Shown piece after piece: positions 11,023 through 22,246 of a DNA stretch of 64,000 nt. This stretch comes from Thecamonas trahens ATCC 50062 (taxonomy: Eukaryota > Protista > Apusomonadida): NCBI RefSeq assembly GCF_000142905.1, contig NW_013657615.1:128354-192353 (forward strand), given 5' to 3'. A model generated the notes under the pieces. It was not told the origin of the DNA and ran no database searches. It worked only from the letters and a program-made list of their open reading frames with translations. Each line of letters opens with the position of its first letter. Within the stretch, counting starts at the first letter, position 1. The translations under genes and the position numbers were made by a program.

Positions 11023-11209
11023 TCCATCCATCGGCCTCCCCCCCCCCCCCCCCCCCCCCGTCCCCCCCCTCGCTTGCCACCTCCACCTCCACCTCACCGA
11101 TCTCCCCTCATCATCTCCCCATCGTCATCGCTCTCCTGCACCATCTCGTGCTCTCCGAGACGATTCTCTGTAAAGATCTCTCGTGCGCCTCTCGACGTTT
11201 ACAGGCGAT

Positions 11210-11750
11210 TCAGATCCGAGCGGTCTTCATCAGCAGGCGGCCCTGGCGGTACTTGAGCTGGCCGACGACCTCCTCCAGAGCCTGGATGCGATCCAGTAGC
11301 TCCTTGCGGAGAGTCATGAGGTCCTCCATCGAGACCGGCTCCTCGGCCAGGTTCTGCATGCCAGCCAGCGGATCGACCGCCACTGATCCAGTCCGCCCGA
11401 GATCGTGGGCTTCCTCCGGCAGCTCGGCTCCGGCCGCATTGGCAGCCTCGATCTTCTCCTTCAGCTTGAGCAGCGCTTCGTGGTCCTTGCGCGAAAAGTA
11501 CTCGTTCTGCATCCGAAAGTTGTCCCCATGTAGGAAGATGTGGTGAGTGTGCGTCATGGCTTGCAGCAAATTTTTACCTCCCACCCCCACCCGCACACAT
11601 CCCCCCTCCCGAACATACCTCAATGGAACGCTCACGCTTTCTGAAGGCACCGCTGGTGTCAAAGCGGACGAGGGCAGCTGGTGCAGCAGAGCGCATCGCG
11701 CCAGCGGTGGCGGCAGCAAGGCGGGAGGCAACGAGAGTGGAGCGAAGCAT
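11210..11750 (-). CDS. ATP5IF1: Mitochondrial ATPase inhibitor IF1-like; exons 11750-11619 and 11506-11210
   Basis: Presequence MLRSTLVASRLAAA, then GAFRKRERSIE|NEYFSRKDHEALLKLKEKI (IF1 motif GAFxKRExAxExxYF). Intron GTATGT...GCAG at 11618-11507. Exon 1 is absent from the ORF track. Confidence 0.85.
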
Positions 11751-11916
11751 GATCAGAGGATGTGTTTGCGTGTGTGTACGGGGGAGATGTGGTCCGCGAG
11801 TCGTGTGACAAAGCCATTCTCAGAGACTGCGTGTAACCAACGCTGGTTTTGTGGCCACCGCAGCTGGGTCAGTTTGGGACAGCCGGCGGCTGGGTCTGCT
11901 GCGTTGAGACGAGGGC

Positions 11917-13931
11917 TTATAGCAGGCGGGCGGTGTCGGGAACGTCAGCGAGGGCCTCGCCGAGGGTCGTGGCCTCGGCGGGGGTGGCGGCGTCGTCAAG
12001 ATCACTGCTGTTGTCGGACCAGCGCGAGGCGTCGATGAGGCCAGCGGCGTCGTCGGACGATGCGGACGAGCTGGCTTGTGACGACAGAGGGAGGAGCGAG
12101 ACGACGGCGAGGCCAAGCTTGAATCGCGCGAGTGCCGCGTGGGCTACAAAGCCGTCTGCGTCGGTGGCCGGGCTCGGTCGCGCCGGCATTGCCAGGACCA
12201 CAAACTCGAGCGACCGCGCCACGTCACCGTTGGCCTTGTACTCGAACGCCGGGATGGTCGAGGAAACGCGCGGGCGGGCGCGGGTGATCGGCGGGGCGGC
12301 CGGCGCAGAGAGTAGCGGGACGACCTCATCGCTTGCACTAGCAGCGTCGCTGTTGGGAGCGGCGTCGGCGTCGGCGGCGGGAGCCGCGCCTGGATGCGGC
12401 GCAGCGAGGGTCTTGGCCGCCGGCGCCAGCACCGGGTTGAGCACCGCACCAGAGGCGGCGTCGAGGTGGACGACAAACCACTCGATGTCTTCGGGCGAAA
12501 ACCGCCGCGCGGCGCGCTGTCGGGCGATGACTCGCATCAGTGCGAACCGCCGCATCGTCGCCTGCGAGGTGACCAGCTGGACGGTGACAAGGCACATGCA
12601 GACAAGAAAGAGGGCAATGAGGACAGCAAAGAAGAGAGTGATGACAGCCACCATGGCTGGCGGCTGGGCGTCGGTGGCGCCGGCGGACACACCAGCATGA
12701 ACCACGTTGTGTTGCCGCGGCCGTACGTCGGCTGCCGATACGAGACACCAGAGCGGGCGACGCTCGGCAGAGTGCCGGGGAGCAGAGGCACCACCGCGCC
12801 GGCGGCGACGTCCGGCTCGTCCACGGCCTCGGGCTCGTCCCAGCACGAGCCAACGCGCGAGGCGTTGGTCAAGCCCGGAAAGACCATGCACGGCTGCGGG
12901 AGAATGCGCGAGAAGGTCTGGACGGTGGCGGGGCGGAAGAGGTCAAAGACGTTTGAGGCGTTGACGACAATGGACTCGGGCGCGTCGCACGAGTACTGGT
13001 CGCACGGAGTCGAGCCGGCCTGGAAGGGGCCGTACTCGGGGTCCAGCGTCATGCCGGGATCGGCCATCTCGCAGTAGGTGCCGACGCGGCCGGGCTGGCA
13101 CAGGCACGTCCGCGAGGACATGATGCACTGGCCGGCGTAGAAGCAGTTGAACGGACACGGTGAAAAGGTGAAGGAGAGCTGGAAGCCGCGGTCGGCCATG
13201 GCCTCGTCCGAGACAAAGACAACGGCGAGAGCGCCCGAGGTGGAGACCAGGGCATCCGGAGTGTACATGCCCGAGTACATGCCCACCAGCGGAGCATCGT
13301 CCAGCCCGTTTCCGATCTCGTAGACATAGACAAAGTCCCATCCGCACTCGAGCGCAATCATATGAAAGTAGAGAGTGAGGAAGAGCTCGGGCGGCGAGCC
13401 GTCTTCTCCGACGAGCGCCCCGGGCGAGGTGATGTGCCACACGCACGTCATCATGTTCCCGTAATCGCCCGATCCGTCACTGATCATGCCCGACTGCTGA
13501 TTGAGGACGACCGGTTCACCGTTGCAGGCATTGCCATCTGCCGCCTTGCCACCGCCCGCCACCGCCCACTCTCTCGGCAGCTGCTGCGGGGCGACCGGGC
13601 GACGACCGTGGCGGGCGGAGTGTGGAAGGTCGGCTTGCGGCGGGGAGTGAGCCGTGTTGGTGCGAGGAAGACGATCATGTACCCGAGTGGGTGCAAGAAG
13701 AGGATCATTTCCATGACTGTATGTTCCCTGAACTCTTTCATGAGTATACCCCAGGCCAACAGAGCCTTGAGAAGGTGGAGGTGGCGCAAGGTGGCCAGCC
13801 TCTCCACGGTCACCACTCTGCACGGCCATGGCCACCGCGGCGAGTACGGCGACGACAGCAAGGCGCACAAGCCACAGCGGATGCACAGCGACATGCATGT
13901 GGTGCTGCTGTGGGCTGTCTGCCCTCGCCAT
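11917..13931 (-). CDS. CUB + EGF single-pass membrane protein, attractin/MEGF8-like; apparent frameshift near 12690
   Basis: Signal-like hydrophobic stretch, CUB domain (SGMISDGSGDYGNMMTCVWHI...LECGWDFVYVYE...VFVSD...GF) and EGF (CPFNC..AGQC...CLCQPGRVGTYC). The TM and cytoplasmic tail lie in the adjacent frame (ORF 11917-12891). Confidence 0.7.
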
Positions 13932-13970
13932 ACCCACAGGCATGGGCTTACAGATGCGTGTGGTCACCTG

Positions 13971-14280
13971 TCCCACTTTTCCCCTCCCTTGACTGCGGCT
14001 CGTGCCGACGATGGGGACAGCAACGAGGGGAAGGGGAGGGGGCACAGAGCAGCCGATCCCCATCCCCATCATCACCAGGCACCCCCCATCCCCCATCCCC
14101 ATCATCACCAAGGCACCCCCATCCCCCATCCCCATCATCCCACTTTTCCCCTCCCTTGACTGCGGCTCGTGCCGACGATGGGGACAGCAACGAGGGGAAG
14201 GGGAGGGGGCACAGAGCAGCCGATCCCCATCCCCATCATCACCAGGCACCCCCCATCCCCCATCCCCATCATCACCAAGG
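13971..14280. repeat. ~167-bp direct tandem duplication with internal CCCCAT repeats
   Basis: TCCCACTTTTCCCCTCCCTTGACTGCGG... begins at both 13971 and 14138. Confidence 0.9.
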
Positions 14281-14484
14281 TACCCCTCATCCACCATGAT
14301 AACGTATCTGATGACGACTATTTGTCACCCCCACCTGTCCTTTGGGCTAGTGATCAAGAACCACTCCTACGAAGACTGCTAATTATTGCTGCTACCGACG
14401 CAGTTTGACACTACCACTCTCCAGGACCACGACTACGTCCAAGTCCCACTCGCGGTATTCGAAGTTTATCAAACTCGACCAGTG

Positions 14485-14584
14485 NNNNNNNNNNNNNNNN
14501 NNNNNNNNNNNNNNNNNNNNNNNNNNNNNNNNNNNNNNNNNNNNNNNNNNNNNNNNNNNNNNNNNNNNNNNNNNNNNNNNNNNN
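14485..14584. other. Assembly gap (100 N)
   Basis: Run of N. Confidence 1.
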
Positions 14585-14833
14585 CCCCACTCCCACTCCC
14601 CACTCCCCACTCCCCACTCCCCATCCCCATCCCCCCCCCCCATCTACAATGTGATGCGATGCAATGTCTCGGCCTGCCACCCATCCTTGCCCTTCCACCA
14701 CGTGGCCGAGTGGCCGTCAGCCAGAGAGAGTTCATGACGTCGGCGAAGAGGTCAGCGAAGACGACAACGACGACGACGACGACGACAACGACGACGGCTG
14801 TGCGGTAGAGCAGCACACCGCACTCACCTCAGC

Positions 14834-17137
14834 ATGACGGACATGCTGCGGCCATACCTCTTTGCCTCTGCGGCAGGAGTAGGGTACCTTGCCTGGGAAC
14901 TGGGCCCTGTTCTGGTGGCCACCACCTCGGCCATGACGTCGTCGTCGTTGTCGTCGGTGACTGCCACAGCAGCGGCTGCCTCGTCAGGGATGGGAGGGAG
15001 TGCAAGTGGTACCAGCATGATTGGTGTGATCATTTCTGCTGTCGTCGGCTTTGCCTTTTCCTCGGCCACCAATCTCATGATCTCTCTCAATACCATCATT
15101 CTCGCCATGGTTGTCTCCTCGTTGATCCTGGCTCGCTTGGTCTTTGGCACTGTCTCGGGTGCAGAGCATGCCAGAGCCATGGATTATCTGTGGAACTTTA
15201 TCGTGGCAAAGATCATCATGGTCGCCGCTGTTGCAGTGGTCGATGCCAAGGAACTCGCCGCCTGGTTGGTCTGGTTCTCTCTCCTGGCAAGCATGCGCGT
15301 CTTTGCTGTCCTCGCCAAGGAGCGCTACGGCGTCATGGCCGCTCGCGGCGCCTCCTCTGCCCAGCATTCAAAGCTCATCGCTCTCCTGCTCACCATGGTT
15401 GTGGCCGCTACAGGCCTCCTGCTTGTTGCCCGCGCTGTGCTGGAGCCTGAGGGCATCGGATTTGTTATTCTGTTTACCTTTGAGTGCGTGGCTGTGGTCA
15501 TCGCTTCCTCGCAGACGCTCCTCAAGTACGCGGTCGATCTGTACGCCTCGTCGCAGCCGCCCGGCTGGGAGCTCCGCGACCACTACGTGTACCTGGTCGA
15601 GTACGGCACCGACGTGTCGCTCCTTGGTCTCACTCTCCTCCATTATGTCCACATTCTCATTATCGACGGCTTTTCGTTCTCCATCGTCGACTTTATCATC
15701 CTCTACTCGCTCCGCTCGGTGTGGACCCGGCTGCGAGCCACCCGCGACCGCTACGCTGCCTATCGCGACGCCTCGCACCGGCTCAACCAGCTCATTCCCG
15801 ACGCCACTCCGGCCGAGCTGGCCGAGACCGACGACGTCTGCGCCATCTGCCGCGACGCCATGACCTCGGCCAAAAAGCTTCCCTGCGGCCACCTCATGCA
15901 CTTTGCCTGCCTCCGCCGCTGGCTGCAGGAGAACCCGACGTGCCCTACGTGCCGTCGACCCATCGGCGGCAACGACAACGGTGCGGCCGGTGGCGGTGGT
16001 GGTGGCGGCGGCGGTGGTGGTGGTGGTGGCGGCGGCGGTGGCGCGCCGCCTCAGCCGCACAACCATGGCCACACTCACACCCATACCCACGGCCACGTTC
16101 ACGGTCATGGCCACGGCCACGGCCCGCCGCCGCCACCCTCGGGCGCTGCGGCGCACACCCACACCCACGGCCCTGGCGTTCAGCACACTCGCCGGACACT
16201 TGGCGGAGGCTGGCTGCCGAGCATCTCCATCGACACGGTGACGACCGCTCACGGTGGGACGTACACCATGGGGCTCGGCGGAGGGGCCAATCTGGCCAAC
16301 GTGGTCAACACCATGTTTGGCGGCGGCGCGCCACCGCCATCTGCCGGCGGGGCTGCGGCACCTCCTCCGCCGTCTTCGCCTGCCGCGCGTGAGCTCGACG
16401 CCCTCGTCGCCCGCGTCATTGAGATTTGCCCACAGGCTGACCCAGATGCTGTTCGCGAGGACCTGCTCGTCACCCGCTCGGTCGAGATTACCATCGAAAA
16501 CGTGCTCTCGGGCGTTGTGCGCGCTCGTGCGCCGACTCCCCCACAGACTGCTACGCCTGCGCCTGCGCCTGCGCCCGTACCTGCGCCGCCCCCCTCATCC
16601 GCGCCGCAGGCATCATCGGCGTCACGGCCTGTTGGCACCTCGGCGCGGTCATCGCCACCGCCGCTTCCCGACCTGCCGCTGGCATCTCAGGCGCCATCTG
16701 GCTCGGGAGCATCGGCCTTTGAGGCCCGCGCGCAGTTCCTTCGCGAGACGGCTCGTGCGCTTTATCTCCGGCGACTGCACCGCGAGTCGGACTTTGACGT
16801 TGCCGACACAGCAACGACGACGACAACGACCACTACAACAACATCGACGACGACGACGACAGCACAGGCGCCAAGCCCGGATGCGTCGCGCGCGATAGCG
16901 CCACCTGTGGACCCAGCGGGATCTCCGCCGGCCCGCCCGACCATCGACCTCCCGCCCAATTACGACGAGGCGACACTGGCAGGCCCGGCATCCCCGGCAT
17001 CCCCGGCATCCCCGGCATCCCCGCTCTCTGGCGACGGGTCGGACGCACCAACCCGGTCCGAGCTCCGGAGTCGGATGTTGCAGGCCGCACTTGCGCGGCA
17101 CTCGCCGACCGGGGCCTCGTCAGGCTCATCTCCGTAG
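14834..17137 (+). CDS. AMFR: ERAD E3 ubiquitin ligase, AMFR/gp78-like (TM region, RING-H2, CUE)
   Basis: Multiple TMs, RING-H2 CAICRDAMTSAKKLPCGHLMHFACLRRWLQENPTCPTCR, CUE (VIEICPQADPDAVREDLLVTRSVEITIENVL) and a G2BR-like tail LRSRMLQAALAR. Confidence 0.9.
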   Translation: MTDMLRPYLFASAAGVGYLAWELGPVLVATTSAMTSSSLSSVTATAAAASSGMGGSASGTSMIGVIISAVVGFAFSSATNLMISLNTIILAMVVSSLILARLVFGTVSGAEHARAMDYLWNFIVAKIIMVAAVAVVDAKELAAWLVWFSLLASMRVFAVLAKERYGVMAARGASSAQHSKLIALLLTMVVAATGLLLVARAVLEPEGIGFVILFTFECVAVVIASSQTLLKYAVDLYASSQPPGWELRDHYVYLVEYGTDVSLLGLTLLHYVHILIIDGFSFSIVDFIILYSLRSVWTRLRATRDRYAAYRDASHRLNQLIPDATPAELAETDDVCAICRDAMTSAKKLPCGHLMHFACLRRWLQENPTCPTCRRPIGGNDNGAAGGGGGGGGGGGGGGGGGGAPPQPHNHGHTHTHTHGHVHGHGHGHGPPPPPSGAAAHTHTHGPGVQHTRRTLGGGWLPSISIDTVTTAHGGTYTMGLGGGANLANVVNTMFGGGAPPPSAGGAAAPPPPSSPAARELDALVARVIEICPQADPDAVREDLLVTRSVEITIENVLSGVVRARAPTPPQTATPAPAPAPVPAPPPSSAPQASSASRPVGTSARSSPPPLPDLPLASQAPSGSGASAFEARAQFLRETARALYLRRLHRESDFDVADTATTTTTTTTTTSTTTTTAQAPSPDASRAIAPPVDPAGSPPARPTIDLPPNYDEATLAGPASPASPASPASPLSGDGSDAPTRSELRSRMLQAALARHSPTGASSGSSP

Positions 17138-17147
17138 TTTGCATCGA

Positions 17148-18851
17148 CTACGTCCACCCACACGCAACGACGACGTCGGCAGCGGCGTCGTCTATCTCGT
17201 CCACGAACGCATCGAGCGAGCCGACCTCGGTTAGGCCGGCCGAGTCGAGGCGCAGAATGCGGGAGAGCTCGAGGGCGCGGAGAAAAGCAAGCGAGTGCGA
17301 AACGACGACAACAGTGCCGGCAAACTCGTTGAGGGTGGCAATGACCTCGTCTACCGCCTCCTCGTCGAGATGGTTCGTTGGCTCGTCGAGAATGAGCGTG
17401 TTGACCTTGCGCATGGAGAAGCTCGCCAGCAGCGCGCGGACACGGGCGCCCGGATTCAGCTCACCGATGGGGCAGTCGACCTGTCGGCGAGTCAGCCCGT
17501 ACCGCAGCAGCCGAGCGCCTGTCCGGGTCCGCGGCTCGCCGGTCAGATCCATAAAGTGTGCTCGGGGAGAGACGTGGCGCGGCAGGCTCTCGTGCTCCTG
17601 GGTCAAGTTGCCGATGCACAGCTCGCGGCCGATGACTGCGCGGCCTTCCACTGGCGGCTGAGTCTTGATTAGCGTCCGCAGCAGGGTCGACTTGCCGACA
17701 CCATTGAAGCCGACGAGGGCGACTCGCTCGCCAAAGTCCACCCGAAGCGAGAGCGGAGGCAGCGGTAGCCGGGCGTCGCCGTAGCCGATGACGGCCTCCT
17801 CGAGCATGAGCGACGAGTCAAAACCGGCGCCCAGCGGCTCGATGTCGATGGAGAGCGGTGAGCGGAGGACAAGTTTGTCGAGTTTGCCCCCGCCGTCGCG
17901 GAGCTTCTCGACAGCCTTGGCCTTGCGACCGGATCGGCCGGCGCGATCGCGCTTAAAGTCGCGCTGCAGCTTGTCCTTGTCCTTGCCGGCAAACCGCTGT
18001 CCCGACGCGGCAGCCTGCTTCAGCTTGTCGGCAGCGGCGGTGAGCTTCTTGTGGCGCTTCTCCTGCGCTTCAAAGGCGGCGATGTGCTGCTCGCGAGCCA
18101 GGTCCTCGGCGCGGCGAAAGTCCGAGTAGGAGGCGCCCGAGACGGCCAAGCTGCCCGAGTCAGCATCGACGGCCCACACGTGGTCGCAGACGGCATCGAG
18201 AAAGGCGGCGTCGTGCGAGACGACAAGCACGGTCTTGCCGCTCGCTACCAGTGCCTTTTGCAGCCACATGATGCTCGGCAGGTCAAGATGGTTGGTTGGC
18301 TCGTCAAGGATGAGCAGCTGGATGCCGTACCGGTAGATGGCGATGGCGAGGTAGGCCCGCATGGCGCAGCCTGGCGAGAGCTCTGCGATGGGAGTCTCAT
18401 CGTAGCCGGCCGTCCGCCACTCGAGCACCTCGTGCGCGGCGACGCAGACCCGGCGCCAGCCATCAGCATCGTCCAGCGCTGTCTCGCTTCCCTCGGCCGC
18501 CGCCCACTCGATGGCATCGGCCACAGGCAGGGCCACCAGATCAGCCTCGTCGCCGGCACCAAGCAGCGTCCGCCACTGCAGCGCATCCTGCTCCACCAGC
18601 ACAGCCGATCCAGCCGCGCACTGTCCGCCATCGATGGTTCCGGCGCCGATGACGTAGTACGGCGGTGCCTCGGGCTCACACGGGACGCCAGCAACCGCCG
18701 CGGCCACCGCTCGCAGCAGCGTCGACTTGCCGCACCCGTTGCGACCGACTAGCGCCACTCGCTGGCCACTCGCCGCATGGGCCGATACCGAGTCTAACAG
18801 AACACTCGAGCCAACAGAGAGCGAGAGGTTCTCAATGGTCAGATGCGCCAT
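17148..18851 (-). CDS. ABC-F family ATPase (two NBDs, no TM), bacterial-type
   Basis: Walker A motifs GRNGCGKST and GFNGVGKST, signatures LSPG and LNPG, two LILDEPTNHLD motifs, a long inter-ABC linker, and no introns. Confidence 0.9.
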   Translation of the reverse strand: MAHLTIENLSLSVGSSVLLDSVSAHAASGQRVALVGRNGCGKSTLLRAVAAAVAGVPCEPEAPPYYVIGAGTIDGGQCAAGSAVLVEQDALQWRTLLGAGDEADLVALPVADAIEWAAAEGSETALDDADGWRRVCVAAHEVLEWRTAGYDETPIAELSPGCAMRAYLAIAIYRYGIQLLILDEPTNHLDLPSIMWLQKALVASGKTVLVVSHDAAFLDAVCDHVWAVDADSGSLAVSGASYSDFRRAEDLAREQHIAAFEAQEKRHKKLTAAADKLKQAAASGQRFAGKDKDKLQRDFKRDRAGRSGRKAKAVEKLRDGGGKLDKLVLRSPLSIDIEPLGAGFDSSLMLEEAVIGYGDARLPLPPLSLRVDFGERVALVGFNGVGKSTLLRTLIKTQPPVEGRAVIGRELCIGNLTQEHESLPRHVSPRAHFMDLTGEPRTRTGARLLRYGLTRRQVDCPIGELNPGARVRALLASFSMRKVNTLILDEPTNHLDEEAVDEVIATLNEFAGTVVVVSHSLAFLRALELSRILRLDSAGLTEVGSLDAFVDEIDDAAADVVVACGWT

Positions 18852-19020
18852 GGGCGTCGTAGATAAGTCTGGGATGGGCTGAGTCGGTCGCGGTGACATG
18901 GCCTCGGTCGTCGTCGTTTTTGGCACGGTCTCGTCGCCGCCACAGCCGAGCCAGACGAGCCTACGGTCGAGCCGATCCGAACCTAGCACATCATAGTCTG
19001 AGAGCGGAATCATGTGGACA

Positions 19021-19120
19021 TATGATGATGATGATGATGACCATGACCATGATGACCATGACCATGATGATGGGAGTGATGATGATGACCATGACCATGA
19101 CCATGACGATAATGATGATT
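19021..19120. repeat. (GAT)/(GACCAT) compound microsatellite
   Basis: Run of gatgatgaccatgaccat... between divergent genes. Confidence 0.9.
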
Positions 19121-19467
19121 GTGGCTTGTCGCTGCCGTCATGGTCACAAGACGTTGGCAGGCGTGCGGGCAAGGTTGATGATGGCATTCCCAATAGCGCC
19201 GGTTGCTGATGCTGCGATACTGCAGTGGCGATACCATTCCGCATGCAATGCCCTCTTGCGTAGACTCCCCATCTGCTGCAGGTGGCCACCACGTGAATGA
19301 TCATGAAGGCAGTCCAAGTGCCCAAAAAAAAAGAAAGTGGAATGGCGGCGTTGAGGTCAGCGCCGCTGATGTGTTGAGGCAAGTCGGAAGGCGAGGTAGG
19401 GGGCGCGAGTGGCATACCCGTCTCGAGCGCGACAGGAGAGGGAGAGCAGATGCAACGACGCCTGGCT

Positions 19468-21086
19468 ATGGCGGTGGCTGTGGCGCTGGTGGTGCTGGTG
19501 GGCGTGGTGGGCATGGCGGGCGTGGCGAGGGCCGCCGAGTCGGTTGCGCAGGCGCAGAATGACCGACGAGGCGATGACGGGAGGGCAGCGGCGAGTGGCG
19601 GTGCGGTGGATGCGTTCAATCTGCGTGATGTGGTACAGATCAAGTTTGTGGAGGGTAAGCAGACGGTTGCGGCTCGGCATCCGCCGGATGTGGAGATGCA
19701 GTGTGTGGGCGGGACGTCCGGCTGCGCCGTGGGCCTGCGTCCGACTTGGGCGCTCTGCACCAACATCGGCTTTGACGGACGCGATGTCCGCTGGGAGTGC
19801 GAGAGTGATGTGCCCGAGACTGCGACTATTGTCGATACGCTGGTCCTCTGCGAGGGCTACACCGCCGACAACGACCTGCTCTCGCTGATGGGCTCGTGCT
19901 CGCTCAAGTACATCCTCGACTCGGAGTGGACGCCGCAGCCGGTGGTGCTGTCCGAGACGGCGTCGCTCAAGCTCTCTTCTCACGCCACGGCCTCATCGCT
20001 TCACTCGCGGCGTCGCAAGCAGATGATCTACGTCGGCTCGGACGCTACTGTCACTCCCGACGCGCTGCCGACAAGCATCGAGTGCTTCAACACCGGGTTC
20101 AACGCCGACGGCTCGATCCGCTGGCGCTGCCAGGCCGCACTCAACCCGAACCTCAACCTCGGCGCGACGCTCATCTCGTGCGAGCCGTTCCCTGGCGACG
20201 AGAGCCGAAAGATGGTCATCGACGGCTCGTGCGTCATCCAGTACGATGTGATCAAGGAGACGTCCGACGAGGAGGCTTCGCTCCCGTTCAACTGGGAGCC
20301 GTTCACCGTCGAGGCCGGGACGTACATTGACCTCCCGCACATCACAACCGGCCCGGTCCATATGCTTGCCTGCAACGAGCCATGCCTCCTCGACGCCGAC
20401 GATCCGGCGCTCCCGGTCTCGGCCACGTGCGCGTTTAACGAGTTCCGCGAGCTGCAGTGCGAGATGACGCCCGAGCTGGCTGCGCACACACCGCCGCTGG
20501 TCGCCACCGACCTCTCGATCACCTGCGCCGGCTTTTCGGCGGCAGCGACCCCTACAAGATCCCCGGCTCGTGCTGCGTCAACTACACGCTCGTGACGCTC
20601 GCCCATCACGAGGCTGCGACCGCCGCCGCCGCCGCTGCTGCCGCCAACGCAGCGCAGCTCGAGGCCGTCACTGTCTTGCTCCTTCCACCGGAGGAGCGCC
20701 AGCCGGTCTCAGACACGGCCTCGTTTGTCGCCGACGATGTTGACGCCGACGAAGATGGCGAATACGCTGAGCTTGCCGAGCCCGAGCCTTTTGATCCGAT
20801 GCAGTCGCCGGTAGTTCTTGCCGCCGGCGTGGTCGCCCTCGCCCTCGTCGCGTACGTCTACCTCCAGAATCCTGCTACTGGAAGCGGTGCATCTGGCTCG
20901 GCCTCGGGTGCAGCCGCCACTGCCGCTACCGCCGCCACCGCCGCCACCACGCCGGCATCGTCCGCCTCTTCCGCTGGTCCGTCCCCAATCTCCGCCGTCG
21001 TCGTCGGGATTAAAGCCACACAACCCAGCTGTCACAGGCATTTCCATCACCATGCATTGCTTGGCCTCTGCAGCCGACCCGATTGA
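19468..21086 (+). CDS. SARAF/TMEM66 (DUF1183)-like protein with three luminal repeats and one TM; apparent frameshift at 20533-20536
   Basis: Signal peptide, then LRDVVQIKF..GKQTVAAR...MQCVGG..GC...CTNIGFDGRDVRWEC...CEGY...GSCSLKY. Repeat 2 is CFNTGFNADGSIRWRC...CEPF..GSCVIQY. Repeat 3 ends GSDPYKIPGSCCVNYTL in the shifted frame, followed by TM VVLAAGVVALALVAYVYL. Confidence 0.8.
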
Positions 21087-21454
21087 CCTCTGTCGAGGCG
21101 TCCATGCCCATCCCTGCCATCTCCCACCCCTTGAACTTGCCCGATCGGAGGAGTCAAGGGCGGCGTATGATCACCACAGCGGCGGCATCGGCGCGATGGA
21201 CAACGGCAATTGCCATCACACTACTAGCAATCGCCATACATCACTTGCTCCCCCCCTTGCCCCACCTGATCACCGCCTGTCGCTCGCCGGCACGGCGGTT
21301 TTGGCGCAAAACCAAGGGATCCCTCGCGAGGGACCGAGTGGGGAGGGAGGGGACGGGCGAGGGTGGCTAAGGGACGATACTCGACTCGCAGAGGTGCGGA
21401 ATTTTGCAGGGAGGTAGTCAAGGACACGAGCAGGTAGTGGGTCAAGTTTGAGGC

Positions 21455-22246
21455 ATGAGCAGAAAGGGAGCAAGCGGGTACACGGTGCCCATTCCCGACT
21501 CCATCATCCGGCTGGTCGACGACGGCCTGCTCTCCTGGGACTCGATCGAGGACGCCCTGACGTCAACCTTCCAAGCTCTGGCTGACGCTTCATGGGCACG
21601 TGCCCTTCTCTCGCGACATGTCGAGCTCCTTGCCTCGCTTGCTGCACACATCCCGGCTTCCGCTCGCTCTGCGCGCCCTGCTGCCCCGGGCGACGATGCG
21701 GCTCCAGCCGATGCGAGTGCCATCATCGACGGCCTCGTCGCCATCTGGCTCGAGCACGCTGCGAGACTTGATGCTCTGCCGCGGACAGACATGGCGCTGC
21801 TGGTGGCCGAGGTGGTGGGCCTGGCGGCCGCCGCGGCGCGGACTGCTCCGCTGCACGATGACGTCTCACCAAACGACTGGGCCCGCCATGTGGGCATCCT
21901 CGTCCATGCGCTAATGGACATTCTGTTTGATGGTGCGGTCTCGCTTGTCGGGCCTGGGCCTGGCGCTGAGGCGCCCGATGGTGCCCTCCCGCCGCTTGTG
22001 ACTCACGGTATCGTCTCGTCGGTCTCCCGCGGCGATGGCGTCGCCCCGTGTCTCGTTGCCATTGGACCCGGCGAGTCGCACGCTGCTGCCGCCGCTCTCG
22101 TCGACGCCCTTGCTGCTGTATCGCCTTCGCTATCCGATAGTTATGTCGATGCGCCCATCCTCGCCTTTGCTGTCTCTGCCACCGGCGCCATCGCCGGTTC
22201 GGCCCCGCTCCCAGCTGACCAGGAGCCGTCGTCAACAAACGCATAG
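21455..22246 (+). CDS. Hypothetical protein
   Basis: 263-aa ATG-initiated ORF with typical codon usage. No motif recognised. Confidence 0.6.
   Translation: MSRKGASGYTVPIPDSIIRLVDDGLLSWDSIEDALTSTFQALADASWARALLSRHVELLASLAAHIPASARSARPAAPGDDAAPADASAIIDGLVAIWLEHAARLDALPRTDMALLVAEVVGLAAAAARTAPLHDDVSPNDWARHVGILVHALMDILFDGAVSLVGPGPGAEAPDGALPPLVTHGIVSSVSRGDGVAPCLVAIGPGESHAAAAALVDALAAVSPSLSDSYVDAPILAFAVSATGAIAGSAPLPADQEPSSTNA

Noticed and set aside
13971-14280. LTR or transposon end
   Set aside because: It is an adjacent tandem duplication near an assembly gap, with no TSD, TIR or transposase, and may be an assembly artefact.
18852-19766. 300-aa N-terminal extension of the ABC-F ORF
   Set aside because: It runs through a microsatellite and antisense to the SARAF-like gene. 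The ABC domain starts at Met 18851.
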